A stretch of 50,450 nt of DNA from Winogradskyella sp. (GTDB lineage Bacteria > Bacteroidota > Bacteroidia > Flavobacteriales > Flavobacteriaceae), in NCBI GenBank assembly GCA_013003655.1, contig JABDIQ010000180.1, positions 1 to 50,450 of the forward strand, in the 5' to 3' direction. Within the stretch, counting starts at the first letter, position 1; every line of letters starts with the position of its first letter. This document shows positions 1 through 10,140 of this stretch, in pieces. The translations under genes were made by a program, and so were the position numbers. Under the pieces are notes generated by a model, which did not search any database, was not told the DNA's origin, and saw only the letters and a list, made by a program, of their open reading frames with translations.

Positions 1-714
1 ATGACCAATGATGCCAGAAAACGAATTACAGCACTAGAGCAATTTACCGAATTAGGCAGTGGGTTTAATATTGCTATGAAAGATTTGGAGATAAGAGGAG
101 CAGGTGATTTATTAGGTGGAGAACAAAGTGGGTTTATAAATGAAATTGGGTTTGATACCTATCAGAAAATTTTAAATGAAGCCATTGAGGAGTTGAAAGA
201 AACTGAATTTGCAGATCTCTATAAAGATGACGGCAAACCAAGAACCTTTGTAAGGGATATTACCATAGATACCGATTTTGAACTTCTATTTCCTGATGAT
301 TACGTTAATAATATAACCGAGCGTTTAAATCTATATACAAAACTAAACGAACTAAGATCAGAAGAAGACCTTGATACTTTTGAAGCCGAAATTGTTGATC
401 GCTTTGGAGAAATGCCAGTACAAGTTGTAGATCTGTTAGATAGCGTAAGACTAAAATGGATTGCTACCAAGATGGGTATTGAGAAACTGATCATGAAAAA
501 GGGTAAACTCATTGGGTATTTTATTCAAGACCAACAAAGCGCATTTTATCAGAGTGAAGACTTTACTAAGGTGCTTCAATTTGTGCAAACTCACCCTAAA
601 GATTGCACTATGAAGCAGAAAGAAACGAGAAAAGGTTTACGATTATTAGTTACCTTTAATAACATTAAAAGTGTAAAACAAGCCGTTAATATTCTAAAAC
701 CTATATTGCATTAA
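1..714 (+). CDS. mfd: Transcription-repair coupling factor Mfd, C-terminal fragment; the 5' end lies outside the window
   Basis: The ORF is open from base 1. It shows the helicase C-terminal motif DLEIRGAGDLLGGEQSGF followed by a TRCF-type C-terminal domain, with a TAA stop at 712-714. Confidence 0.88.
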   Translation: MTNDARKRITALEQFTELGSGFNIAMKDLEIRGAGDLLGGEQSGFINEIGFDTYQKILNEAIEELKETEFADLYKDDGKPRTFVRDITIDTDFELLFPDDYVNNITERLNLYTKLNELRSEEDLDTFEAEIVDRFGEMPVQVVDLLDSVRLKWIATKMGIEKLIMKKGKLIGYFIQDQQSAFYQSEDFTKVLQFVQTHPKDCTMKQKETRKGLRLLVTFNNIKSVKQAVNILKPILH

Positions 715-732
715 ATGCGCCTTTAAAACAAT

Positions 733-2067
733 ATGCTCATGAGAATTCTATCGTTAATTTGCTTATTACTACATGTTGCAACAAGTGCTCAAAACAGTGT
801 TACAGGTACATTTATACCTGCTGAAAACTACTCCTATGCATTATTATATAAAGCCACACCTGAAGGTGCTGAGTATATAGATAGAGGCAGTTTAGATCGC
901 AATGGAAGTTTTAGTATCGCCTTAAATGACACTGTATCTCCAGGAATTTATAAAATAGTTTATGCCTTACCTCCTGCAGAAAACAACTTCGATTTTATCT
1001 ACAATGGCAAAGAAAATATTGATTTTGAATTTAGCACTAAAGACGGTGTAATTTTTAAAGATTCTAATGAAAATAAATTATGGTCTTCGTACTTAAGAAG
1101 TATAGCAATGGTTAACCAAACTATAAGTAATTATTATGCCCAGGAACACATAGATGAAGCAGCATTTAATGCTATTTTTAAAACGCTTAGTGATACTCAA
1201 AACGCTTACGAAGAATCTGCAAAAGATCTATTAGTCTCAAATTTTATAGTTGCAAACAGGCCATATATTCCAGAATCTTTTGAAGATCTATCTACCTATT
1301 CAATGAATGTAAAGGAGAACTATTTAAAGCATATAGATTACGACAATTACATACTTCAATGTTCTAGTTTTTTAAAAGAACACGTGCTGTCTTACGTTTT
1401 TGATATGGTTTCAAACGCCTCTAATGACACCTACAAAAACTTAGTGAATGATGTAGTTCAGTCTATGGAACATAGTAATCTTGTCATAAGGACAAATCTA
1501 TTAGCACAACTATGGCAGCGCTTTGCAGAAATCAATAAGGCAACTCTCGCTAATTACGTAACTGACCAATACCTCTTAGATCTTGCCACCTCACTCAATA
1601 TGACGTATTTAAAAGAGCGTATTCTTGCATATAAAAACACCTCTGTAGGTGCCAAAGCACCAAATTTTGAAGTCTCCCTTAACGATAACAAAACAACCTT
1701 GCACAATCTTAATGCTAAGGACTACTATTTACTAATTTTTTGGAGTAGCAGTTGTGGTCATTGTTTAGGCGAATTACCTGAGGTAAAAAAAGTGGTTGAA
1801 TCAATTGCAAACATACAAGTTATAGCATTTGCGCTTGAAGATGACGACGAAGGATGGTCTAAAGAAAAGATAAACTATCCAAATTTTACGCATGTCTTAG
1901 GCCTTGGAAAATGGGAGAATGAGGTTGTAAAGCGTTATGATATTTCGGCTACACCAACATATTTTATTCTAAATAGTAATAAAAAAATTATAGGTAAACC
2001 CTTTGACTTTAAAGATTTGGTGGAAGCATTAGATCGGCTACAAAAAGAAAACACCCAGAAAAACTAA
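733..2067 (+). CDS. Secreted thioredoxin-fold thiol:disulfide oxidoreductase (TlpA/ResA-like) with a long N-terminal non-catalytic region
   Basis: It has an N-terminal signal peptide (LLLHVATSAQ). The C-terminal about 130 aa has a thioredoxin-fold signature with a CGHC active site (FWSSSCGHCLGELPEV) and a cis-Pro region (ISATPTYFIL). Confidence 0.75.
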   Translation: MLMRILSLICLLLHVATSAQNSVTGTFIPAENYSYALLYKATPEGAEYIDRGSLDRNGSFSIALNDTVSPGIYKIVYALPPAENNFDFIYNGKENIDFEFSTKDGVIFKDSNENKLWSSYLRSIAMVNQTISNYYAQEHIDEAAFNAIFKTLSDTQNAYEESAKDLLVSNFIVANRPYIPESFEDLSTYSMNVKENYLKHIDYDNYILQCSSFLKEHVLSYVFDMVSNASNDTYKNLVNDVVQSMEHSNLVIRTNLLAQLWQRFAEINKATLANYVTDQYLLDLATSLNMTYLKERILAYKNTSVGAKAPNFEVSLNDNKTTLHNLNAKDYYLLIFWSSSCGHCLGELPEVKKVVESIANIQVIAFALEDDDEGWSKEKINYPNFTHVLGLGKWENEVVKRYDISATPTYFILNSNKKIIGKPFDFKDLVEALDRLQKENTQKN

Positions 2068-2085
2068 GTGTGTTTTTCTGAGTGT
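2051..2085. terminator. Hairpin between convergent genes that overlaps the stop codon of the 733-2067 CDS
   Basis: ACAC-c-CAGAAAAAC (2051-2064) pairs with GTTTTTCTG-a-GTGT (2072-2085) around a 7 nt loop. The A and T runs lie inside the arms, as in bidirectional terminators, and there is no separate U-tail. Confidence 0.4.
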
Positions 2086-2110
2086 TTAGAAACTAAATAA
2101 CCAACCAAAT

Positions 2111-3058
2111 TTAGCTTCTTGTATTTTCCCTAGGATTATCTTTTTTAGGGGTTTTTTGCTTTCTTACTTTAGGTTTGTCTAAATGTTTTGTAACCTTCCC
2201 TGTTGTATCCGATTCTCTAAGGTATTGAATATAACCTACACCTTCAAACTCGTAAACAGTTCCAGAATTTGGATGATACAATTCTATCACCTCATCATTA
2301 ATAACGCTTAATTCAAAGAATTCATTGTCAAAAAAGTCATAATCTAATGTTAATGTTTTTAAGTAGTCATTCCCGTGAACATTGCCAACACCATAAACTC
2401 CTGTATAATCCCAGTAAATGTTATTAGGATTGTAAACATTAACGTCCTGAGAACTTCTAAACGTAGAGTCATTTCCACCCGATAAAAATTGCAAATAATT
2501 TTCGTTGTCAAACTCGTTTAGTGCGCCATACTCACTAGTATATACTTTTTCCCAAGCTTCATACTCCTGTAGGAAATAATGAATGTTATCGTAAAACACA
2601 AAATCATAATCAAACGTTGCTCGCTGATATCCATGTAAAAAATAAGAGGTGTCAATAAATGGGTTGTATAATTCTATCGTATTGCTATCTATTTGGTAAA
2701 CATCAAATGAGTCATATCCGTCAACCACATGATTGACATCCAATATCATATCATACGCATCGTATGTTCCTATTTGTACTCCAAAACCGTTTCCTTGATT
2801 ACCAAAACCAACCAAATTGTTGTTTGCCATAAGTACACCGTTTCTAAACGATATTGTAAATGCAATTTGTAAAAACGGTGTTTCGCCGTATCCTTGAGTC
2901 TGATTGATGTCAACGTACCACAACTCGTGCGAACTTAAAAGTTGATTCAATGAGATGCCAGGAACTACTGGATCTACTATTATTACATCCTCGCGATAGC
3001 ACGAGGTAAGTAAAGTGGCTGTTAAAACAAAACCAAAAAGTATTTTTAGCGTCTTCAT
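2111..3058 (-). CDS. Hypothetical lipoprotein with a basic Lys/Pro-rich C-terminal tail
   Basis: It has a lipobox LLTSC after a hydrophobic signal. I prefer the ATG at 3058 (MKTLKILF) over the TTG at 3064 used by the ORF track. I recognise no family. Confidence 0.6.
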   Translation of the reverse strand: MKTLKILFGFVLTATLLTSCYREDVIIVDPVVPGISLNQLLSSHELWYVDINQTQGYGETPFLQIAFTISFRNGVLMANNNLVGFGNQGNGFGVQIGTYDAYDMILDVNHVVDGYDSFDVYQIDSNTIELYNPFIDTSYFLHGYQRATFDYDFVFYDNIHYFLQEYEAWEKVYTSEYGALNEFDNENYLQFLSGGNDSTFRSSQDVNVYNPNNIYWDYTGVYGVGNVHGNDYLKTLTLDYDFFDNEFFELSVINDEVIELYHPNSGTVYEFEGVGYIQYLRESDTTGKVTKHLDKPKVRKQKTPKKDNPRENTRS

Positions 3059-3158
3059 AATCAATCAATTTTAGGATTACTATTTAATAAGATTCAAAAC
3101 GCGTGCCAAAATCGTAAACACCTGATTAATAGAAGCTTTTAAACATTTATATTTTGTG

Positions 3159-3166
3159 TATTTTTG
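3159..3166 (+). promoter_or_regulatory. Candidate Bacteroidota -7 promoter box (TAnnTTTG) for gpsA
   Basis: TATTTTTG lies 26 nt upstream of the gpsA ATG. There is no clean TTTG -33 element at the expected spacing. Confidence 0.3.
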
Positions 3167-3191
3167 AAAAACAATCTCTTTTAGTTACACT

Positions 3192-4193
3192 ATGGATAAA
3201 TCTTTAAAATATGCAGTTTTTGGTGCAGGAAGTTGGGCAACTGCTATCGTAAAAATGCTATGCGAAAACCAGGATCAAGTAGGTTGGTATATGCGAAGTG
3301 TATATACGAAAGAGCATCTTATAAAAGAAAAACACAATCCTAGCTATTTAAGTTCAGTAGAATTTAATACCAATCAATTAATGTTAAGTAACGACATTAA
3401 TGAAATTGCGAATTTTGGAGATGTGCTGATTTTTGTAATTCCGTCTGCGTTTATGCATTCAGAATTGGAAAAACTTACGGTAGATATTTCTAAAAAAACT
3501 ATAGTTTCTGCGGTAAAAGGGATTATGCCAGAATCTGGACTTCTAGTTGGTGAACATTTTCATGATATCTATAACATCCCATTTGAAAATATAGCGGTTA
3601 TTGCAGGTCCATGCCATGCTGAAGAGGTTGCTTTAGAACGCTTATCGTATCTCACCATATCTTGTGCAGATCCTGTGAAAGCCCAAAAAATTGCCAATGA
3701 CCTCTCTAGTCATTATATAAAAACTAAAATTAGTGATGATATTATTGGTACTGAATACGCTGTAATGCTGAAAAACATCTATGCGATAGCTGCAGGTATA
3801 GCTCATGGTTTGGGTTATGGCGATAATTTTCAGAGTGTGTTAATGAGCAATGCTATACGAGAAATGAAGCGTTTTATAAAGAAAATGCACAAGATGAAAC
3901 GCAATATCAACAATTCGGCATACTTAGGGGACTTGCTGGTAACGGGTTATTCTGTTTTTTCAAGAAACAGAATGTTTGGTAATATGATTGGTAAAGGGTA
4001 TACGGTGAAGTCTGCCCAGATGGAAATGAATATGATTGCTGAAGGCTATTATGCTACCAAAAGTGCTCACGAATTAAACAAAAAGAATAAAAAGAAAACC
4101 AGATTACCAATTATTAATGCCGTGTACGCCATACTATATGAAGGTAAAGATCCTAAATCGACCTTTAAAAAATTAACCGAACAACTAGATTAA
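3192..4193 (+). CDS. gpsA: NAD(P)H-dependent glycerol-3-phosphate dehydrogenase
   Basis: It has an N-terminal Rossmann motif (VFGAGSWATAI). It also has a GpsA-like core (AGPCHAEEVA, KNIYAIAAGIAHGLGYGDN, EGYYATKS), and the length of 333 aa fits. Confidence 0.9.
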   Translation: MDKSLKYAVFGAGSWATAIVKMLCENQDQVGWYMRSVYTKEHLIKEKHNPSYLSSVEFNTNQLMLSNDINEIANFGDVLIFVIPSAFMHSELEKLTVDISKKTIVSAVKGIMPESGLLVGEHFHDIYNIPFENIAVIAGPCHAEEVALERLSYLTISCADPVKAQKIANDLSSHYIKTKISDDIIGTEYAVMLKNIYAIAAGIAHGLGYGDNFQSVLMSNAIREMKRFIKKMHKMKRNINNSAYLGDLLVTGYSVFSRNRMFGNMIGKGYTVKSAQMEMNMIAEGYYATKSAHELNKKNKKKTRLPIINAVYAILYEGKDPKSTFKKLTEQLD

Positions 4194-4201
4194 ATGATTA
4201 A

Positions 4202-4597
4202 CTAAGTTGGCAATACACCTTGTTGTTGCATTACAGGCAGTGCGCTTAAATTGCTTTTATGAATGCTATTCTTTTTAAATAGAAATGCCTTATCATACAT
4301 TTTGTTATCTTCAAAAAACGTTACCTTAAATTCATTGTTTAAGGCCAATACATCATCCTGAAGCAGTTCAATCTTAGCATAGCTTTTGGCAGGTAAATTT
4401 TCGATTTTATGACGCATTATAGAGGTTTTTTTGGCGTTATCATACCCTTTTGAAACGATAAGAACCATCTCAATTGGCACCACTTTATTATTGATGATAT
4501 AGGCATTCCAGTCCATAGTTTTATACTCTGGATGTTCTTCTAGGACAACCGTGACAATAACGTCTTTTACCTCAGGAAATTTAACGTCTTTTATCAA
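4202..4597 (-). CDS. Hypothetical protein immediately downstream of pheS
   Basis: This 131 aa ORF has a TTG start at 4597, only 3 nt after the pheS stop, and the next in-frame Met is residue 28. I recognise no motif. Confidence 0.5.
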   Translation of the reverse strand: MIKDVKFPEVKDVIVTVVLEEHPEYKTMDWNAYIINNKVVPIEMVLIVSKGYDNAKKTSIMRHKIENLPAKSYAKIELLQDDVLALNNEFKVTFFEDNKMYDKAFLFKKNSIHKSNLSALPVMQQQGVLPT

Positions 4598-4600
4598 TCT

Positions 4601-5620
4601 TTATAAGGCGCTTTTAAACTGTTCTAAAAACCGTACATCATTTTCACTTAATAATCGTATATCGCTAATTTGATGCAGTAAGAGTGCCACACGGTCTATA
4701 CCCATCCCAAAGGCAAATCCTGAATATTCTTTAGAATCTATACCACAATTTTCTAGCACATTAGGGTCTACCATACCACAACCCATGATCTCTAACCAAC
4801 CGGTACCTTTGGTCATTTTGTAATCTGTTTCGGTTTCCAATCCCCAGTACACATCGACCTCTGCACTAGGCTCAGTAAATGGAAAGTAAGAAGGGCGCAA
4901 CCTAATCTTAGACTTCCCGAACATTTCTGTGGTAAAATATTGAAGCGTTTGCTTTAAATCTGCAAAACTCACATCTCTATCTATATATAAACCTTCTACC
5001 TGATGGAAAAAGCAATGTGATCTTGCCGAAATAGCCTCATTTCTATAAACGCGTCCAGGCGATATGGTACGAATGGGTGGTTTATTATTTTCCATATAGC
5101 GTACTTGCACAGAACTTGTATGTGTTCGCAGCAAAATATCTGGATTGGTTTGAATAAAAAAGGTATCCTGCATATCGCGAGCTGGATGATACTCAGGTAA
5201 ATTTAATGCCGAAAAGTTATGCCAATCGTCTTCTATCTCAGGTCCTTCACTCACATTAAATCCTATTTTAGAAAATATTTCAATGATCCTGTTCTTTACA
5301 ATAGAAATAGGATGGCGTGCACCTATTTCAATAGGCTCACCAGGTCTGGTAAGGTCGCCATAAACACCTTGTTGAATATCTTTGCTTTCAATTTCTTGCT
5401 TAAGCGAATTAACCTTGTCTTCTGCTGTTTTTTTTAGTTGGTTTATAACTTGACCAAATTCCTTTTTTTGATCGTTAGCCACATTTTTAAACTCAGCAAA
5501 ATAATCGTTTAGAATTCCTTTTTTGCCTAAGTATTTTATTCTGAAAGCTTCTACATCCTCCTTAGTAGTTGCAGTATATGCCTCAGCTTCAGCAATTAAT
5601 TCTTTTATTTTTTCAATCAT
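4601..5620 (-). CDS. pheS: Phenylalanine--tRNA ligase alpha subunit
   Basis: Class II aaRS motifs and PheS-specific blocks are present (HPARDMQDTFF, RTHTSSVQVR, FPFTEPSAEVDV, GCGMVDPNVL, GFAFGMGIDR). The length of 339 aa fits. Confidence 0.95.
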   Translation of the reverse strand: MIEKIKELIAEAEAYTATTKEDVEAFRIKYLGKKGILNDYFAEFKNVANDQKKEFGQVINQLKKTAEDKVNSLKQEIESKDIQQGVYGDLTRPGEPIEIGARHPISIVKNRIIEIFSKIGFNVSEGPEIEDDWHNFSALNLPEYHPARDMQDTFFIQTNPDILLRTHTSSVQVRYMENNKPPIRTISPGRVYRNEAISARSHCFFHQVEGLYIDRDVSFADLKQTLQYFTTEMFGKSKIRLRPSYFPFTEPSAEVDVYWGLETETDYKMTKGTGWLEIMGCGMVDPNVLENCGIDSKEYSGFAFGMGIDRVALLLHQISDIRLLSENDVRFLEQFKSAL

Positions 5621-5655
5621 TGTATCTGTACTTGAAAGTGCAAATGTAACAAAAC

Positions 5656-6012
5656 CTATTGTATGTAATCTGTTTCCAAAAAATAGTTCACTATAGCTTC
5701 TTTCATTAATATACTTTGTTCTCCAGCCTTTAAAAATGGCAATTGTGCTTTTACCTTATAGTGTGGCCAACCGTCCTCATCTACATAATCAAATTCATAA
5801 AAACCATAAGGCTCCAACACTTTGCAAATAGCAATATGCATGAGGTCTAATTTCTGGTCTTTTTTATATGATGTATGCAACTGACCTAGCTCTTGCACAC
5901 CAATTAAATAGATAATGGCATCTAGATCTAAAGCGTCTCCATCTGCAAATTGAGCAGACAATTTATCTACTACTTTTTGCCAACGTTCCTTCAAAAGCTC
6001 GTCCCTAGACAT
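5656..6012 (-). CDS. Conserved hypothetical cytoplasmic protein
   Basis: I prefer the ATG at 6012 (MSRDELLKERW). The ORF-track start at 6081 is a TTG that would abut the divergent cvpA start with no promoter space. Confidence 0.5.
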   Translation of the reverse strand: MSRDELLKERWQKVVDKLSAQFADGDALDLDAIIYLIGVQELGQLHTSYKKDQKLDLMHIAICKVLEPYGFYEFDYVDEDGWPHYKVKAQLPFLKAGEQSILMKEAIVNYFLETDYIQ

Positions 6013-6081
6013 ATTAAGATTAGGTATTTCTTCGTTATAAGAATGCAAAGTTAATTTATATTTGCCTAAACCACACCACAA

Positions 6082-6597
6082 ATGAGCATCATTGACATTG
6101 TTTTAGCAGCTTTACTTTTATTTGGATTAATACGTGGACTTACCAAAGGTCTTTTTGTAGAAATTGCGTCACTACTTGCATTAGTACTTGGTGTTTATGG
6201 CGCAATTCACTTCAGCAATTTTGCTGCTGATTTTTTAAATTCTAAAGTAGAATGGAATGAAAAAACAATCAATATTGTTGCTTTTGCTATAACGTTTGTT
6301 ATTATAGTTTTGGCTATTAGTCTTGCAGGAAAAGCACTGACCAAACTCGCGGATTTTGCAGCCTTGGGCATTATTAATAAGTTATTAGGGGGTCTTTTTG
6401 GTGCCCTAAAAATAGGACTTATTTTAAGTGTCATCCTCATTGTATTTGATAAGATGAACAACACCTTACCATTTATTGATGAGGACGATCTTAAGGAAAG
6501 CGTGCTTTATGAACCCGTTAAATCTTTAGCTCCAATGATTTTTCCCAGTATTATAAAAGATGACACTGATATTCCCTCTGAGGATGTGACGGTTTGA
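6082..6597 (+). CDS. cvpA: CvpA-family (colicin V production) membrane protein
   Basis: It has four predicted TM helices and a typical CvpA N-terminus (IIDIVLAALLLFGLIRGLTKGLFVEIASLLALVLG). Confidence 0.78.
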   Translation: MSIIDIVLAALLLFGLIRGLTKGLFVEIASLLALVLGVYGAIHFSNFAADFLNSKVEWNEKTINIVAFAITFVIIVLAISLAGKALTKLADFAALGIINKLLGGLFGALKIGLILSVILIVFDKMNNTLPFIDEDDLKESVLYEPVKSLAPMIFPSIIKDDTDIPSEDVTV

Positions 6598-6598
6598 T

Positions 6599-6635
6599 AC
6601 TAAAAAAAGCCATTCTTTCAAATGACTTTTTTAGT
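6599..6635. terminator. A/T-flanked hairpin between convergent cvpA and the carbonic anhydrase gene; a likely bidirectional terminator
   Basis: The element reads ACTAAAAAAAGCCATT-[CTTTCA]-AATGACTTTTTTAGT. An A-run lies 5' and a T-run lies 3' of a short GC-containing core. Confidence 0.45.
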
Positions 6636-6667
6636 ACTATATCAAAGTTACTTTAAGGTTCATAGCC

Positions 6668-7297
6668 TTAGAGCATATTTACTTTACCTGTTTTTAGACT
6701 ATACACACCACCAACAATAGCAATTTCTCCATTGTCTTCCATCTCAGTTAAAATCTGACTTTTTTGTCTTATTCGTTCTATGGTTAGCAAAACATTGTTT
6801 TCAACCGTTTTTGCTACAAACTCTGAGTTTGATGAGTTAGCCTCTCCATCAACCTCATCTGCAGATTTTCTTACTGCTGGCATTATGTTTTCTAACATGG
6901 CTGTAATGTTACCGAGTTCAACACCATCGCAAGCTGCCTTAACAGCACCGCAACTCTCATGACCTAATACTAAGATTAACTTACTTCCAGCAACGTTGCA
7001 CGAATATTCTAGACTTCCTAAAATATCAGTATTTTCAAAATTCCCTGCCACACGCGAAACGAATATGTCTCCAATAGCTTGATCGAATACCGTTTCTACA
7101 GGAACACGTGAATCTATGCACGATAATACAACTGCCTTTGGAAATTGACCTGTTGTTGTTTGATTAATAAGTGCAGAGTTATCTGTTTCTTCCGTGTTGT
7201 TGTTTACAAATCGTTCGTTTCCCTCCAATAGATCTTGTAACGCGCTATTAGGTGTCATAGCGCTTTGTAATTCTTTAGTTATTGCTAAATTTTTCAT
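6668..7297 (-). CDS. Beta-class carbonic anhydrase
   Basis: The zinc ligand motifs CxDxR (SCIDSRV) and HxxC (GHESCGAV) are present, and the length of 209 aa fits. Confidence 0.9.
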   Translation of the reverse strand: MKNLAITKELQSAMTPNSALQDLLEGNERFVNNNTEETDNSALINQTTTGQFPKAVVLSCIDSRVPVETVFDQAIGDIFVSRVAGNFENTDILGSLEYSCNVAGSKLILVLGHESCGAVKAACDGVELGNITAMLENIMPAVRKSADEVDGEANSSNSEFVAKTVENNVLLTIERIRQKSQILTEMEDNGEIAIVGGVYSLKTGKVNML

Positions 7298-7339
7298 CGT
7301 TTTAATTATTTATTCCCAGCTTGCTGGAATTGATTGTAC

Positions 7340-9202
7340 TTAATATATATCCTTTACATTTTGTTTTATCCATTTAAGGCATTGATCAAAGTTCTTAAAG
7401 ACATGTTCTTTTGGAATTAGATCTGGAATAATATCAATGCGCTCCATCATATATTTAGGTTGTTTCAATAGGTTTACAAATAGAACATCTATATTTTGTT
7501 TTTTTAGATCTACGAGTACATCTTCCATAGCATATAATCCAGACTGATCCATGTATTGCATTCTTCCTAATCTAATAATTACTGTTTTTGCTGTAGGAGG
7601 AATTTGTTTAGACAACGCCTGAAAATCGCTTGTAGAACCAAAAAATAAAGGCCCTTTAATATGTTTTATAAACACTTCTTCTTTTAAATTATCAGGAAAA
7701 TCGGCTTCATCAGCCCATGCCTTTTCTTTTAGTTTTCTTACATCAGATCTCCTTGCGGTAAGATCACCGATCTTTTTCATAAACATTAAAGAAGCAATCA
7801 CTAACCCTATACCTACAGCATACACTAAATTCCATACGGTTGAAAGGACTAATACAACGAGCATTACAATAACTTCAGAACTTACTTTTAAAGGTCCTAT
7901 TTTTATGTCTTTTGGAAGTACAGGTATGGCTTTCAGTCCTTTGTAATCCATAACTCCAATACCAACCGTTATTAAAATACCAGCCAAAACAGCTGCAGGT
8001 ATTCTAGATGCAACAGGTCCTAAAGCCAATAAAATGACCAATAACAATATACCTGCTATCATACCCGACAAGCGTGTTTTACCACCAGCATTAATATTAA
8101 CAACTGTTCGTATTGTAGCGCCAGCACCTGGTATACCACCAAATATAGCTCCTATACTATTGCCTATGCCTTGCCCAACCAATTCTTTATTGGGTTCGTG
8201 CTTAGTTTTAGTCATATTATCTGCAACTACACTTGTAAGCAAAGAGTCTATCGCTCCAAGTAACGCTAATGTTATTGCTGTAAAAATGTATGGTGTTATT
8301 GCTGATAAACTAAAACTTGTAAATATTTCTAATCGTGGTATTGGTAATCCGGTAGGTATTTCTTCGATGGGTCTGTAGTCCATGCCAAATCCATATGCCA
8401 CTCCCGAAACAACAATTAATGCCACCAATGCACTTGGTACTTTTGTTGTTATACGTTTAAATCCATAAACGATAAAAATTGTAGACAATGCTAGTGCCAA
8501 CTCTAACCAATCTATATTCTTGATAGCACGTGGTAAAACATTAATAGTCCCTATAACACCAGAGCTCGCAGATTTTGCCAATGTTTGAGATTCCTTTGCA
8601 ATATCTGCCTCGGTTAGTTGTTGTGCACGACTTATGGTTTCTTCAAAATCTTCTAAGACCAAAATCCCTTCGCCTGCTTCTTCTCTTAAGATATTTTCGA
8701 GAATTAACTCTTCGGCTTGTGGCTTAAATTGACTCACCAACTCAATATCTTCCTTTGGATAATAACCAATGGAAGGCAGAATTTGAGTCACTAAGATAAT
8801 CACTCCAATAGCTGTCATAAACCCTGAAACCACCGGATAAGGTATGTATTTTATATACCTACCAAACCCTAAAAACCCTAAGGCTATCTGCATTAAACCA
8901 GCTAGTAGAAATACGGTTAATATGGCAGGCAACGCCTTTTCAATACTACCGTCATTTGCTGCTACTATACCAGCAATAACAACCATACTAACTGCAGTCA
9001 TAGGTGCAGTAGGTCCTGATATTTGTGTATTAGTGCCACCAAAAAGTGCGGCAAAAAAACTAATGAATATGGCACCATAAAGACCGGCACTAGGTCCAAG
9101 TCCTGAAGAAACTCCAAAAGCTAACGCCAATGGCAATGCAACAATACCTGCGGTAATTCCGCCAAAGGCATCGCCCTTGATGTTAGAGAATAAGTTTTTC
9201 AT
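7340..9202 (-). CDS. SulP-family anion transporter with a C-terminal STAS domain and an internal acidic insertion
   Basis: It has a SulP N-terminus (DAFGGITAGIVALPLALAFGVSSG) and a conserved NKELVGQGIGN block. The C-terminal STAS region is PLFFGSTSDF ... DQSGLYAMEDV. Confidence 0.9.
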   Translation of the reverse strand: MKNLFSNIKGDAFGGITAGIVALPLALAFGVSSGLGPSAGLYGAIFISFFAALFGGTNTQISGPTAPMTAVSMVVIAGIVAANDGSIEKALPAILTVFLLAGLMQIALGFLGFGRYIKYIPYPVVSGFMTAIGVIILVTQILPSIGYYPKEDIELVSQFKPQAEELILENILREEAGEGILVLEDFEETISRAQQLTEADIAKESQTLAKSASSGVIGTINVLPRAIKNIDWLELALALSTIFIVYGFKRITTKVPSALVALIVVSGVAYGFGMDYRPIEEIPTGLPIPRLEIFTSFSLSAITPYIFTAITLALLGAIDSLLTSVVADNMTKTKHEPNKELVGQGIGNSIGAIFGGIPGAGATIRTVVNINAGGKTRLSGMIAGILLLVILLALGPVASRIPAAVLAGILITVGIGVMDYKGLKAIPVLPKDIKIGPLKVSSEVIVMLVVLVLSTVWNLVYAVGIGLVIASLMFMKKIGDLTARRSDVRKLKEKAWADEADFPDNLKEEVFIKHIKGPLFFGSTSDFQALSKQIPPTAKTVIIRLGRMQYMDQSGLYAMEDVLVDLKKQNIDVLFVNLLKQPKYMMERIDIIPDLIPKEHVFKNFDQCLKWIKQNVKDIY

Positions 9203-9331
9203 TGATTTAGTGAGTTAAAGACTCTTAAGATAACCTAATTTTTAGGATATTTCAAGATACTTTTAGTTTCATCATTTCTAAATTTTCTTTTATTAGGTTT
9301 AAAGTGGTTTAAATCACTAATTCTAGATGGT

Positions 9332-10129
9332 TTATACCGTATCACTTATCATTAGAGATACGTCAACTTTGTCTAACATTTTATTTAAACTCAGTGCAAA
9401 TTTTTTGTCTTCATCTCTTTTTAAACATAATACGTTAACAGCACTTTTGTTTATATAAGATCTTATGTTAGACATTGTATTGTCATTTTTTTCAAAAGTA
9501 TATTCAACAACTTTATTTGCCGGAGCAGTGGTATCGTTTGCTTTTGGTTTCCCTTGCTTAGATGACACGTTAAAAGTTACTATAGGTTTGGTTGAATGAT
9601 AAATAAACTTATCCATACATTTTAAAGTACTGTAATCAACTGTACTATTAAACATCCCTAACTTAAGATCTGCTTCTGGATTAATGGAGTTGCCATCAGA
9701 GGCTATAATCACCGAACCATTGTACTGCTTAATTATAAATTCTGAAATGTTATTACTTACCAGCTTTAAGCGTTTAGATTTACGCTTGCCCATAATCACC
9801 AAATCTGCATTAGTTTTGTTTAACTTACTAAGTATTTCGTTTTTGATATGGCCTATAACATAAGAATATGAAACAGAAATACCATGCTCCTTTGACAAGG
9901 ATTTGGCTAGTTTTTTTAGTTTATTTTCTGCTTTTATATACTTCTCGTTGATGTTACGCATAGCAGATAGCTGGCTTTCTGCACCTACTACATCAAGAGG
10001 TTTCATTACATAAAAAAGCTCAACGGTTGCGTCAAACATTTTGGCTAGTCCAATAGTGTTTTCCATTAAATGCTTTGAACTATCAGCTATATTGATAAGG
10101 GTTATTATTTTAAATTCGTCTTTTTTCAT
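9332..10129 (-). CDS. Universal stress protein family protein (tandem, degenerate Usp domains)
   Basis: It shows a Usp-like alpha/beta pattern (IITLINIADSS ... VELFYVMKP ... ADLVIMGKRKSK ... GSVIIA). The start lies 11 nt downstream of the SulP gene at 10141. Confidence 0.65.
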   Translation of the reverse strand: MKKDEFKIITLINIADSSKHLMENTIGLAKMFDATVELFYVMKPLDVVGAESQLSAMRNINEKYIKAENKLKKLAKSLSKEHGISVSYSYVIGHIKNEILSKLNKTNADLVIMGKRKSKRLKLVSNNISEFIIKQYNGSVIIASDGNSINPEADLKLGMFNSTVDYSTLKCMDKFIYHSTKPIVTFNVSSKQGKPKANDTTAPANKVVEYTFEKNDNTMSNIRSYINKSAVNVLCLKRDEDKKFALSLNKMLDKVDVSLMISDTV

Positions 10130-10140
10130 GACCTTGTGTT

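Noticed and set aside
8034-8378. A 114 aa ORF, plus a 78 aa ORF at 8844-9080, antisense to the SulP transporter
   Set aside because: Both are embedded in a strongly supported transporter gene and have no start context or motifs. They are shadow ORFs.
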